Below are positions 10,037 to 25,000 of a DNA stretch of 64,000 bases, one piece after another. The translations under genes were made by a program, and so were the position numbers. The notes beneath the pieces are model-generated. The model searched no databases. It was given only the letters and a program-made list of their open reading frames with translations, and was not told the origin of the DNA. This DNA is from a virus: positions 28,810 to 92,809 of the IMG/VR virus record IMGVR_UViG_3300025084_003207; one strand, written 5' to 3'. Position 1 is the stretch's first letter, and every line of letters starts with the position of its first letter.

Positions 10037-10044
10037 TATTTATC
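10037..10044 (-). promoter_or_regulatory. late promoter box GATAAATA, 5 nt before ATG (leaderless)
   Basis: GATAAATA-CCTAT-ATG(10031). Confidence 0.7.
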
Positions 10045-10070
10045 TCTTTTTTAAACTACTGCTATAATTA

Positions 10071-13000
10071 CTAGCCAAAGTATGATCCTGGTCCTGCTTG
10101 TAGGAACCCTGCTATAGATGTATTAGCATTTGCTAATGGCGATGCAGTACCACCATCAACATTCCATATAGTTATCTCTGGATCTGCATTGGCCCCGTAT
10201 GCAAATGCACCAGCATTTATGTTATTTGACTCTGTTGCATCGTATACTGTTTCTCCAACTGTATGCGATTCTGCAGATGTACCGTTTGTTCCTCTTGTAA
10301 CACCTGTTAAAGTATTACCTACAATTCCTTCAAATGTTATTCTTTCGTCTCCAATAAAGACTGCTGTTGCTGGACTTCCTGTATATGGAGGTGTTATAGC
10401 AGTTGCATCTGCAATTTGTATTGTTAAACTTTTAGCAGTAATATTTGCCGCTAGTGTTGTTTTATTACTGTCACTTAATCTAATGTATTCTGTAGCACCG
10501 TTCATTCCAACAAATATTTTATACGAAACATTAGCATTACCGTGAGTACCTGGTAATTGTGTAGCACCAGACTTAGGTCTGAATACGCCATCTTGATTTC
10601 CAACTACTGTGCCGTCGTTATCATATGCTGTCATATTTGATTGAACATTAATTTGTAAACCTTCTAATGGTTTGAATAATGCATGTTCTGGTGGTATGCC
10701 CGGTCCTGATAATCCTGTAAAGAATGTGCTACTATCAAATCCTTGATATGTTAGTGTATCTCTGATCAGTTCGCTTTGTACCGCGGCATTTACTGTGTAA
10801 TTGTTTACACTTTGCTTAGAATCAAAGCCGGCACTATCAAAACCAAACAAGTCATATCCAAGTCCTGTGGACATCAACTCTTTACCAATGGAATCAAAGT
10901 ATGCTTTTGCAAAAATATTTGCATCTAATTCTTCACCAAAGAAGTCTGCGTATGCTAATGTTCTTAATGTTGCATCTCTGGTTGCAACAAATCCTGCAAT
11001 AATATCACTTGAGTATGTATCTGTGTCAGCAATTTTCTTAGTTAGATCTGTAATAACTGTATTGTACTTAAACACTCTTTCAATGTGATTTATAGGTGTT
11101 GCATTACTACTTGCATCGGATAATTGTTCCATTCTTATTGCACTAGTATTTGACTGTGGCTGATTATATTTAGATGCCAGTTGTACTGTTAATATGCCAT
11201 TACTATCTGTGTGGTCATAAATTGGTGATATCTCATCATTTATTCTGTCAATAAATATTTTTTCTGTTATAGTTCTAATCTTTGTTGCATTGTTACTATA
11301 GTTATTTGTCCAGTTGACATACTCAGTATTATTTGTTAAAATACTAACATCTCCTGAATTACTGTCATCAAGTATCTTGGCTGTAATAGATAAGTCTGGC
11401 TGATATGGTGGTCTATCAAAATCTGTTGCAAATGATTTCAGTGAATCTATACTGATTTTTCTATCTTCAAAATCTCTTAACTTACTTGTATACGGCTTGT
11501 TTTCTTTAATACTTTTAACAACACTATTAAATGTATCTATCTTAGTTGCTGGTGTTTGTACTAAATTTTCTGCACTTTGACGTACATTGAAGTATGTTGT
11601 TTTGAAACACCAATCTGTTTGATATTGCTCAGTTAATACATAGTTTAACATTGAGAAATATAATTTATTTTCTAAGTTAGTATTCTTAAATATATTATTG
11701 CGTATAGCAAATAAGAGTTGTCTAAGTTCAGATGTAAGTCCAGGGTTTATTTCACCAAATACACTATATTTAAGTTTCATTGTACCGCCTACAATTTTAA
11801 CTAAATCATAATCATCTTTTGCAGAATTGTATTCAAAGAATCTATCTGGGTTATCGCCAATGCCTATTAACCTTACAAATGCACCATCTGGAATATTTGT
11901 TAAACCTCTCATTTCTTTAACAGATCTAACATTGGCTCTAGATTTAATAGTATTTGTATCGTATCCTGTTGCTACCCAATCTGTTATTTCATAATAAGTG
12001 TTTGTGGTTAATTCTGAATCCCAACCACTATATAAATCATCAGATAGTTTAATATCTTTCATTATACTGTTAATAAAGTATACTAACTCTCTTCTAGCAT
12101 TTTTAGGCTTGACAAACATTGTCTGTCTAGGTCTAATTGATATACCATATCTTTCAAATTTATTTAAATACGGATCTGGTACAACTTTTCCTAACCTATC
12201 TTCTTCAACTAAACTATCAACTAGTTTATGGAAGAACTCACTAGGTATGTTTCCTGAAATATTATTTTCGCCTAACAGTATATAAGATTCATGTTTGTTT
12301 TTGTATTTACTATCAGTTCTCTTGAAGTTTATTTGAAATACACTTTCGTCGTCTGTTAAGTAAGACTTCACATTATTAAGCACTATACTGTTATTAGATA
12401 TTGCACCAAATGTTGGTATATTTTGTAATTTAGGTGATGCTATTAATGAAGCAACACTCGAAGCACTTGCTGTTCTGCCTTTTACATTAGGTACATCTGT
12501 AATATCTTTAACCCAATAATAATATAAATTTTTAAATAAGCCTGTACTAGAAACATATCTTTGATCTATTAAATATTTTTCTATATCTAATGGTGTACCT
12601 GGGCCACTATATTCTATTGGTGTTTCTGTTGATTCTATCCATTCATATACATCAACCTGTGAACCGTCTACATATGAACCCCAGTATTGTCTTCTATAGT
12701 CATCATCGGATTGCTCATACCAACGTACACGCATATTTGATGTATTCCACCAAAGTTCGCCAACATTTTTATTGCTAAAATTACTACTATCGTCTGCGTA
12801 ATAAACAGGGTCGCTTTCTGAAATATAAGTTAGATTTCTTTCTACCTCAGGCATAAACACATTTTTAAACGGATCATTTAAAAATACATCTGAAATTCTT
12901 TCACCTGTAATATTATCGTATATTAATGCAGACTTAATTTTGCTACTGTCTACTAATTTGTCTTTTCTGTAAACAACTTTGCCATTTTCTAAATATGCCC

Positions 13001-16000
13001 AACCGTTTACATCATAATTGTCTACCCATGCTTTCGGCATAAGTGATTTTAATTCATACTTACTTCTGACTCTTGCAGATTTCAAATACAATACATCAAC
13101 TTCTGATTGTAATTTTTCTGTAACTAATTGGCCGCCACCGACTCTATTGAGATCATAACTATAAACATTACCAAAATTAGAACTACTTAGGCCATCAAAT
13201 TCTGGAGGTGTTGATGCATTATATAATATTAAACTGTCAGGATCGCCTTTATCAAATGGATTATCTTTTCTAATACCACTGTCGTTAAGGCCAAATCCAT
13301 TTCCACCGTCGCCTACGTCTGCACTAAATCCAAATGCGTTTGGACCATAGTCACCTGCAGGTATTCCTAGTGCATCTAATGTTCCTGGTACTAAGTCACT
13401 TAATTCAAAACCATCAGCATCTGTTTTAATTGACAATGTATGCACAGATGGGTTGATTGGTGTTGAACTTGCTGTGAGTCCGCCGTCTATTCCGCCGACT
13501 GTATTAATTAAGTCTGCTAATGTTTCTGTTGGCGTAGCAGGTCTAGAAGGTCCTGAATTCCTACTAACAATACCTGGTGGTTGCTGACAGTTAATAACAC
13601 TTCTAGATGTTAATTGAACTCTAGCACCATAACCTTCTCCATATGGTCTTGTTTTCATAGTTGGACTTGCCATATCGCCTTCTAGGTATTTTAATGGTAC
13701 ACCTCTTTCAAATTCTGCTGGGAATATTTCATATACTCCTCTATCTAATATTCTAAGTTTTGTGATACTACCTGCTTGGTTAATTTTTAATACTTCGAAT
13801 ACTGCTTGTTGGCTCTTAATATCTGGATTGTCCTCGCCAACTAATTTACCTTTCTTAAGGAATGCCTGTGCTTCAAATCCTGTACCACTACTGCCTTTTG
13901 CAACAACTGTATATCTTCTAGTTGCAAACTCAGGTTGGAATCCACCTTTTTGTATAATTGCAACATCGCCGATGCTCTCTTTATCGGCTGAATCGTATGC
14001 TGGATTCTCACTAGCAGATGTATATTTAATTTTAATATTTGGTGTACGAATTTTAGTTTTCTTATTACCAACTGTTCCAGGATCATATGCTAAATCTATA
14101 ATTCTACCAGGTCTGGACCATTCAAGGAACCAAGTACCTTTACCTAAAATACCTCTGATATTTCCATCTTCATCTCTCAAGAACTTTCTTAAAACATTTT
14201 CTACTGAATTATAATTTATTCCATATTCGCTTAATGTAACATCATTACCATAATCGCTACCTAATACTTTAGAGATTGCTCCACTTGCCGTATCAAAATG
14301 CTGACCATGGTTGTTAAGATCTCTGGTTGGCATGCCGATTGAAGGCTTAACTTTATTACTGTAATTAAGATTTGAACCACCATATTTTATAGCCTCAGCA
14401 GTTAGACTAGATGTCAATGTAAACTGGAATGCTTGTATTATATCATTTTTATGATAGTCATACCCATCAAGGAAACCCTGTTGATTGTGTTGTCCTTCAG
14501 AACCAAAACTACCTAATGTTTGTAATAAAGGTATTCTTCGGCCTTCTGGCGATGTTAGCCACATCATATCAAAGTCACCTGGTGCATAACTGTCAAATCT
14601 CAAATCAATATCTATGTCATTAACTTTTGCATCATCTGGTAAATTACTAAAATCAAACTTGTAAATAATTGCTTCTGATTCTTGTAATTCGTTTACCGGT
14701 TGTACTACTGGCCTATATACAGTACTGTAATTTAATTTAGCCATATTATTTGCTAATGTAGAACCTGCAATATCAAATTCGCCTCCATGTGTACTTGCTG
14801 GAATATCAAAATGTATTGTTACAGGTACTCTGAGATAGCCTACATCGACTCCGTCTTGGAATACAAATATATCAAACTGTTGCATTGTAGCATCAGGATT
14901 ATTACCTAATTGTTTTGCTTTAACTTTAAGTCCATGTACAGCATCTCTTGAATCCATTCTAAATGTTGCTGTACCAGATGCTGTTACATCACTAGAAACA
15001 GAAGTATCATTTTCTATAATTACTTCATAATTATTTGCAAAAGTAGATGAAGTGTCTGCACTAAATTCATTTAAGGAATTGATTGGATAGAATCTTGCAA
15101 ACATATTTGCAAAATCCGGTGTGCCTATTGATCTGCCTGCCGCTGTATCTAAATCATATGGATTCATTACCTGGAAGTACGCTCTGTCATTATCAAGTTT
15201 TAAAAACTTAACAATTCGACCATTTGTTTCTTTTATATTATCACTTAAGAAATGATTAAAATCATCTCTTGTTAAAGGACCAAATGCTTCTACATCATAG
15301 TATGATTTCATTATACCAACTGTGCCTTGTGCTAAGTCACCAAAATTATCATGTGCATTTGTTGAAGTAAATTTATTTTGTGAGTTAGGTATATTCCAGC
15401 ATATAATCCAAGCACCATTTAAATCATTTCTTTCGCTTTCATTGAAAGAACTTGTAAAGTTACTTTGACCTCTATCATTAATACCTGTTGTGCTGTTCTC
15501 TTCAAAATTAAACATCATGAATTCGCCAAAGTTTTCATACTTTCTTGTACCAACAAATGCTTTATATGTTGTACCTAGTTCCATAGCAGTTGTGGCTGAT
15601 AATGTAAATGTTTCTTCATAGTATGTATTCTGTGAATCTATACCAACATCAACTCTTCTAGCATCGATAGTGATACCGTTTATGGAATTACCTGCTCTAT
15701 CTATAAATGCTGTGTTTGTGTCTAATCCACTTAACCAGTCTATTTCTCTACATCCTTTGTAACCTATATAAGTCTTGTAAGGTAAAACAGCGGATGATAT
15801 AGCAGTTCTACCTGTGTTTTTAGTTACAGGTGTTACAGCATCATCGCTTGGCTGGAATACAGGATTAATTTGTACACCAGGTAAAATAGTGCCCATTTCA
15901 GTATCTATAACTTCTAATCGTGTTGTTCTAGGATTATATCCAGAACCTGGATTTGTTACAACAACGTCTGATAGATAATAGGCATCTTCGTCGATTGTTT

Positions 16001-19000
16001 TCGGTCTTCCTCCTACTATGGTTAATTTATCGCCAACCATATAGTTGAAACCTGTACTGTCTTCAACCATACCAGTTTGTACAATACCTACGTTAGCATT
16101 TGCTACTTGACCATCCCTAGTACCTTCACCTGACCTTGGATTAACTGGATAGCCATCTATCCTAATATAGTCTGATGTCATAAACGGATTACTAGTATCC
16201 GGAGCACCCATTATATCTACGATAGTAACTTCTTGTCCTGGTAATCCACCTGATATAACTTTTGGTGTAAATACAGAAGTATCATCTCCACCTAACTCAT
16301 TGTATTGCTCTGGTGTTAGTGCATTTGCTATTGTCAAGTTAGCACTAGAATTGATATTTTTTTCTCTGTAAGGCTGGAAGTCACCTACTTCTGTGAATGG
16401 ACTTCTACTACAACCTGTTCCTAGGCTGAACGGTACAGCACTCTTGATTCTTACTATTGGATTCAGTTGTGGAATGTTTGCATCTTCGGCACTGGTACAC
16501 CCTTGTACACGTCTTTGTTGTTTTGCATGATACTGCCATAAGTTTCTAAACCAGGAGCCTGTTCTATCTTTCCACTTACCTCCATCTTGAACACGTTCCC
16601 CGTATCCTGTGATTTTATCAAATTTGAAACCTCTTTCGTCTTGTTCTTTGGTTGTCGTAATAGCATTACTTCTGGTATCTTCATCAGTTTTACTTCCAAA
16701 ACCACCTAAGTATAAATCGTCAATAATTGTAAAGTTATATAAGTCACCTAAATATTTGTGGTCGGATGTTCCGTGTTTTGGTAGTCTGTATAAAATACCG
16801 CCTTTTCCTTTGGTACTATAATCATATCTGCTTCTGTTTAACTTACTCACATATACTGACATGGTATCTTTATTAATACCTCTGCCCATTGCATCTTTAC
16901 CAAATTGTATTGTCTGCATCTGCTGGCCTTCATCAAATATAGAACCTGAACTTGGTGCATAAACTATAGCAAACGGATGTCTTGCTATATTATTATACTC
17001 GCCTTTAATACCTGAGCCAGTATTTGTAATTCTTGCTGTGCTATTTTTCCAGTGTAATAATTCTCCAGAAACGTCATCGTTTGTTGTACTTCGCAATACA
17101 ACTGATTTATATTCGTTAGGATCTAGGCCTTTTTCTTCTAATTGTAATTTAATAGATTTTAATAAATTTGGGCCATCTATGCTGACCATTAATCTTGCAT
17201 CGTCGTGTCTAGAACCAAATAGTACTGCTGGTACTCCGTCTTTTCTGCCTTCGAGTAATTTATAGTTGTCATCTCTTTGTCCGATATAGTCTACACTCTG
17301 ACCTTTGTTATTACCCATTTTAACAATTTTATCAACACCTCTAAAATCTGTAGTTCCCCATGCTTGTCTGCCACCTTTAATTACACAAGACTTAGGTTCA
17401 CGTTTGGTGTCTTCTGGTACACATTCTGCATTAAAGTTCGGAGACTGTGAGTTAATTGCATCTGCCAATGAACAAGGATCGCACCCTTCTGGTAAACTAA
17501 CTGCTGAACCACCTAAGTGCAATACTTCACCACTTGACGTACATGTGTTGCCGGTTATATCTTTGATATGCAAATCTTGTAATTCGCATAAATCAACATC
17601 TAGTTGATTGTATGGAATTTTAGTATAGTTTTCTCCTATACCTTCAATGTATGAAAGTATAGTTGTCCAGTCTGCTCCGGTACCGCCTGCTTGTATAAAT
17701 TGATTTTGATAACCTGAAATATTAGTATATTCAGAATCTATGTATTGCTGAACAATGTCAAACAGGCCATCATCAAATTCGTATGTTGTACCCTCTTCAC
17801 CAGAGTTAGTATCGTATAATGTGATTCTAAATTTACCACATGATTCTGCTGGTGGTGGTGGATCTTGCGGTGGTGGATCTTGTGTGCCACCTGGGCCTCC
17901 GCCGCCTCCTGAGATACCTCCGCCATAATGCTCGCCGTTTAATTGCCTGTACCCATATTTGTCATCTCGCCACCATTGATTGCCGCCCATCCAATTATCG
18001 TAATAGGTGCCCATGTAAGGACCAGTGTAACCTGTGTAAGGCCATGTACCATGTTTAGGAGAACCAAAAGGTGCTTCTGCTTTATTTTTAATTGTTTGTA
18101 AAGATGGATCTAAATACATATTATTGAGATTATTCTCATAATTTTGTACTAGTTCTTTATCTGCTGTTAATTTTCCATCTAGTACTTTGAATGCTGGTGT
18201 ACCATGTGGACGTTTTGTTCTTTGTTCATTTAATGAACCGTAATATACTTGCTCTTCGAGTCCTTGCATATCAATGATATACTTCCCTGCTAACTTGCTA
18301 GGTGCTCTTCTTTCTGCAATGGTTTCATTTGCTTTTACTGGACTAAATTTGTTTACGCCACCTTTGAGTGCATTACCGGCCGGGGCACCTATGTATTCAT
18401 ATGAATATACTTGATCTAGACCAGAAACATCTGCAGGCCTTTGAACATATTTCTGATTAAAGTCAGGCGATGTTCTATTATCACTTCTTGGATCTCTATA
18501 GCCAAACAGGAAGCCAACTTCCATTTTCTTTTCTTTGTCAATTGCACCTGCTTTAAAATCACTTATAAAGTTTAAACTATCTGCTACTTGCTCAACTGTG
18601 TCTTGTGCTGGCAAATATGTTTTATTATCATTTATTTCCACAGCATTGTGATCTGTTAAACTGTAAGAAACATTTTTATCTGTAAAATCTATTGCTACAT
18701 TTGAATTTGTAAATCCAAATACTTCAATTTGATTTTTACCTAAACGGCGTTGATCCATTCCGATTGGTGCCATTTTGTAAGTTGCATTATAGTTTCTTAT
18801 TGGCGAATTTTTAATTGCAATATGATTTTGTGTTGGTTTAACATTTATTTCATTTTGAAAATCATCTGTGCCTGTGATCAACATTGTATCAGAGACCCAA
18901 TGTCCGTTTGTGACTACATTTCCTGTATATATTGTATTAATTACAAATGAATTTTTATCTGCTAAAAACGGTGTTGCAAATCCATCATAGTTTCTAGTGT

Positions 19001-22000
19001 TGCCAATTTTGATTGTTCTGCTTTGTGATGGTATGTAATTATCATAAGACACTGAGAATACATTGCTTGTTGCTGTTGCACCAGGAGCCTCAATGGTTAT
19101 ATATTGTTCGCCATCGCCTTCTATGTTATCTATTAAATTAACAAAATCCACTACAACAAAACTATTACCTGATAATACATGTCCTACTTGACTGTGAGAG
19201 AATGTAATATTTGCACCAACTGATATGCCTCTCAATCCATTTGGCAATTCAATATTTACTAAACCTTCGCTACTTGCATTTGTAGATGATACTACTAATT
19301 GGTTATCATCTACTTTTCCAATATTATGATCTTTACTATAGAATCTAGTTGCTTCATATATGTCTAGCATTAACTCGTCATTGTTAAATGATGTTCCTAG
19401 ATCTTTCTCAAAGTACATTACTGGCTTACCGTCAGTGGTAGTGAAATTTTTATCAAAATCTAAATCTGTTATTTTGTTAAAAGTAACATCAGTGTTACCA
19501 CCTAGTGAATAAATATTTTCAGGATCATATATACTTCCTGTCATCCCAGGTACAGCATATCCTCTAGGAAGTGTCATAATATGTAAGTTTGCATTTCCTG
19601 TAAGTGATGCTGTTAAATTTGTTGTTAGGCTTGTAGGTGCAGTAGCATGATTAATCATTATTGCATTTTCAAGTACTGCATTAACAATATAAGTCTGGCC
19701 ATTTACACTTGCTGTATCTACTGAGCCAGTATTTAATGTAATGTTATCGCCTGGTTCAAATACATGTATATTTGCAGGTACGTGAATTGTTCTTGTAGTT
19801 ACCGTGTTTGTTGATGCAGTTCCTTCTATGATTGGTAGTCCGTATGTTAAGTACTTCATACTACTTAATTCTGCTGTAGGTATTACATTTGTATTTGCTA
19901 ATTTAACTGTAAATGTATTTTCTGTTACTGCTCTAATTCTAAATTCAGTATTATTAATTCCGTTAGCAGAACCACTGGTGTTTACAAAAATTGTGTCGTT
20001 TACACTTAATAGATTATTTGGCTTATTAAATACCAAATGCGGTCCATGTGCAGACGAAACAATTATTCCTAAACTATTTTTTTGAGTTTCATTGATTGCA
20101 TAAGTTCCGACATTATCTGATATACTTTTTGGTATAATTGCATAATTTGTCTGAGTATTTGCTACAACAATATTACCTGTTAATACAGAATTAGCACCGT
20201 GAACAGTATCAGCAAATCTCAAAATATTATTGTCTACTGCTTCTGTATCCATAAACATTTTATGCTGTGGTTCAACTACATGTACATCTACTGCTACATT
20301 AACATCAGAGACGTTAATTTGTTTTGAACTTACTCCAGTGTGATTCAGTGGCAAGTAATCAAATGCTATATCTAAATTACTACCAAAAATTGAATCTAAC
20401 GATACATTTGCTGATTGATTTATGCCTACATAGAATGTTCCTGCAGAACCTATTTGTGTAGGTAATGTACTAATGTAACCTAAAGTATTTCCAGAGTTCA
20501 AAGAACTTGAATTACTCTTTGGTTGTAATAGTACTGCTGAATAACCATTATCAGTAGTAGATTTTTCTACTGGTGATGCATAGTCATTTGCTAACACTTG
20601 CTTGTTTTTATTTTCATCAACTTGATAAATGATTGCATTTAAATTATTTGTAGTATCATTTGTGGTAAATGTGTTATCACTATTATCTATTGTGATACTA
20701 GACTGTCCTACAGAAGCAATTTTTCTATCTACAATTTGTGGTATATTTCCAGAATCATCTTTAATAGCCACTCTCAAGTTTAATAATTCATTTTTAGTTG
20801 TAGGAGCAAGTGTATATTTGAATTTTGCTCCATGCACTATTACTAAAGGTATTGCAACATCAAAATTATTATGACCCGGATATGCTGTTAAGCCATTTTC
20901 AAATCCTAAATTCAATACAATTTTATTGTCTGCGCCTTGCGATAAAACATTCTTTACATCTTCGCCCCACCATTCAAACGGATATGAACCGCCATTTATA
21001 TGACTGGGTCTAAGTTTATTTGTTAATAACGACCCTCTTATTTTTTTAGGTTGCGAAGAATGTACTTGTATAATATTTCCATTAGGGTCAGTCCAAATCA
21101 AATTATTGTCTTTAGAATCTATTACTGATATAACTTTACTAAATGACATAGGATGCAAATCAGAAAAATCAAGTTTTAATCTATTTTTGTCAGTTTTATC
21201 AACTAATTTTGATGATACAGTAGAAATAGATAATTGTTTTTCTACATCGCCAATTATATTAAACGCCTCATGCTGACCAAAATGTCTTGGTATAAGATCT
21301 AATTTACTTGTAACCTCACTTCCGTTTCTTGCTTGTAATTCGATGTACATTCCGTCTAGTGATGGATTTTCTTGTGTAAATGTGAAGTTTTCTATCCACC
21401 ATGCTGAATCAAAGTTTTCTGTTTTAGATAGCATCTCGTATGCATTATTAACAAACTCTGATGAGGACGTATCTCCTTGAACACCTGTTTGCCTTAGTAA
21501 TTCTCGTAAGCCTTGATCTGTTACATATCTAAATTCTAAGTCTAACTCCACACCATCTATTGATCTTAAAGATTCTGGTATACCCGTAAAGTCAGTTTCT
21601 AATGATATTTGATTTTGACTTGTTGGTAATCCTAAGCCTAGGTATACTGGCTTGTTGTTGTAATTAAATAATTTACTTGGATCGTTACTTAATATGTTTT
21701 GTTCTTCTGGTGTTTTTTCACTGTCGTTAAATAATACTCTAGCAAACTCTCCTGCACCGTTATCTCTAAAGAATAAATCAACTGTGTTATTAGTTGTATC
21801 TCTTAATGTATGAACAGGGAATCTAGTTTGCATTGTTCTAACTGCATCTTCTACATCTATAATAACAGTATTTCCATTTATTTTAAATGGTCTTTCTGAA
21901 CCTGACACACTTGGTATAACGCCTGTGCTGGTATTGGAATTCATATATTGAACATTACCAAATCCGTAGTTTCCTAAATTACTAGTTTCAAAACCAGATA

Positions 22001-25000
22001 ATGTTAATGCGTTACTTGTTAAATTTGAAATACTTCCTGTTCTTGTTTCTTTAGACCCAGTATATACAACTGCTGTTCTACCTGCTGTATTACTAGTAAT
22101 CGAAGGATCATAAATTTGTATAAAGTTACCATCGTTACTTTGAACTGGATACACATTACCTGAATAATTGCCAGTGCTGGTAAATTGTACAAAGTCACCT
22201 TTATCAATAATTGCAGAATTGGCTCCAGCAAGTGTGCTATTACCTTTACCATCAATGTTACCAAATGCGGCTAATGTTATTTCATTAAAGCCTGATCTTG
22301 TTATTGTGGCTGTTTGTGTTGTAACATTACTAGAAATTTCAAATGTTTTATCTGAAGAATTCCAATTAGCAACTGTGTAACTGTAATCATCTACATAAAA
22401 ATCATTTGTATTTGTAATTCTTTCTCCGCTCATTAATGAGAAGTCTATATCTAAACCGTTTGATATGTAACTAGAAATATTTAAATTATACTCGTCTGCT
22501 ACTTCTAGCAATACAGTACTTGTTCCAGAAAGTCCTTTAACTTTCATATTCACATTAAATTCTAAATCTGATTCATATGCAACATAACAATCTGAATTAA
22601 TAGATGCATAATCTGTTCCTGTTACATTTGCTTCATTGATTGTGAAGAAACCTTTTGAAGGATCATCGACATCTACAGCACCCGGGTTACCGCCAAGTCC
22701 TCTTTCACTTATACCTGTTACAGTATATGCTTTACCAACTGTTAAATTTGCGGCGGTGGCCTGTGTACCTGTAAATCTGACTGTATCTCCAACACCTAAT
22801 CCTGCTAACGAATTAGGAGATATTAATACTGAATTTGCATGAGCATTTGGTAAATTATCTTTAACAACACTTGCTCTAGTAAAAAAGTCTAAACCAGGCG
22901 CAGGGTGGGATCTTTCAGCATATATTCTTGCCATGTAATTAGGATCTTTGTACGGCTCCACTTTGGTGATAGGCCTTGTATACCCTGGCTCAATTTTTGT
23001 AATGCCTCTGTTTATTTTCTTTAATGGTCTATAGTCGCCTTTGTAAACTGTTCTTGGAGTAAATACAAAATTCTCATTGCTCCACTCTAATACAGTATCT
23101 GACAAGTTTGTATTTTTAAGTACAATTACATTGTCATAAAAATTTGCATTTGTTTTATCGCCTAAAATATTTCCATCTGTCCATTTAGAAAGTCGTTGAT
23201 CTGAAAATAACATTGCTCGGCCATTTACATTATCAATGTAATTTTTAGCACCTGATACGTTTCCTGTTGAATTTTCTATTCCATGTTTTTTGAGATTGAA
23301 CACATTCCAATCTTCATTTTCTGATTTACCTAAATGCAAGTAATCGTTTTCTTTTGGTATATTAACTTTACCAGAGCCAATTAGGTTTGCAAAATAGGAC
23401 AAGTCAATACTTTCCCAATCCACTTTGTTTCTGTTTACATAACCTGCATTTGGTACTATATAGTCTTCCTTGTTATCTCTGTACCACAACCCGTCTTGCA
23501 ACGAATTGGTTGGTCTCTTCAACATAGTATCAGGATCATCTATGTCAATTGTAATTTTATTATCTGTTAAAATATCAGGAGTACGTTCGTATGTACGTTT
23601 ACTAATTGTATTTGCAATAAGTGTATCGTTTGCAACACTTTTAATACTTAAAACTTTGCCTGGTACATCTGCTGTAAACGTATTATTAAATTGTACTGAA
23701 CCACTTTCAACAACTGTAATGTTAGAGCCAATACTGAAATTATCTGTGTATAAAGACGCATTACTAAAACTTATTGTAGTTGTGGTTGAATTATTTGTTA
23801 ATGTAAATGCATCATAGTCCGGTGAATTTTTGATTCTTTTTCCGTCAATATAAATTTCTGCAAATGGATATAACCCATCAATTTGAGTAATATTTTCGTC
23901 TTCAAATTTGTTTTGTCCACCTATTTCAATACTAAATGCATTGTTAGGATTTATGTTGTAATCGTTGACAACTGATGCATTTGCTGTTATAATAGTTCTA
24001 GCACCTCTATCATATGACCAATATGTTGCACCTACATTATTGCCGTCTACACTAACAATTATATCGTTTGATGTTGTGTTATTTGCAGATCTTATCGGGA
24101 ATCTCTGAGTAGGCTGATATCTACCTGCAGGTATATTTAAAACTGCAAGAGTTGTACTATCAGAACCACCAGATAATTCTACTTCACTAATTGTGAAATC
24201 GCTACCTTTTATGAACAGTCTGTTGTCGCCACCAGTTCCAAGTACTGTAACATTTGCTTGTATATAATCTGTTGAAAGATTGCTATCTGAAAATGGCTTT
24301 GTTAGTCCAGTTGTGTTAAGTGGTATCTGTAATGCTGGATCAGTGTATAACTTAATCTGTGTATTACTTGCACCTCGTTCTGCATAATAAGAATTGTTGT
24401 ATGCAGTTAATTCTGTAAAGTAACTAACATTATGAGTGCCTAATCCTGTAATTGTGCTGTAATTAAACTCGACATTTACTAAGTCTGCTTCTGCACTTCG
24501 ATATGCTCCAACTGATTGTAAGTGAGTATCTACGCCACTTACAGATTCATTGTACCATGAAGTAGCATCAACATTTGCAGTTAATTGCTCGTTTGTGTAT
24601 AATTCGTATACAGTTGTGTCAGCAGTTGCTTTTACAAAATATGTTTGATTAAGTATGTTTGATGTAAGCACAGTATATGGTTCATGATTAACAAAGGTTA
24701 ATGTATCACCATTTTGTAATGGCGTAAATCCTGTCTTAGTTGTTAATGTCACTGTAGCAGGGTTAGTATTTGTTATTGAATCTACATTACTAAATGTCAA
24801 AGTCGATGCACCATTTGTAATAATAGATGCATTACTGCCTACTGGTGTATTGATTTCTATTGATGTGTTCGAAGTAACCGTTGCTCTATCTGTTGCTATT
24901 CTAGTATTGGAACCAGCCTTGGTAATTTGCGACACAAGATGCTTTTCTGCTTGAGTGTCAATATCGCCGTATGCAACAATATTTGCTATATTGGCATCAG

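Noticed and set aside
10045-10060. Extra upstream promoter element (AGTTT/AGTAT 8-10 nt before several late boxes)
   Set aside because: Seen at about four promoters, but spacing varies and the context is too AT-rich to support it without statistics
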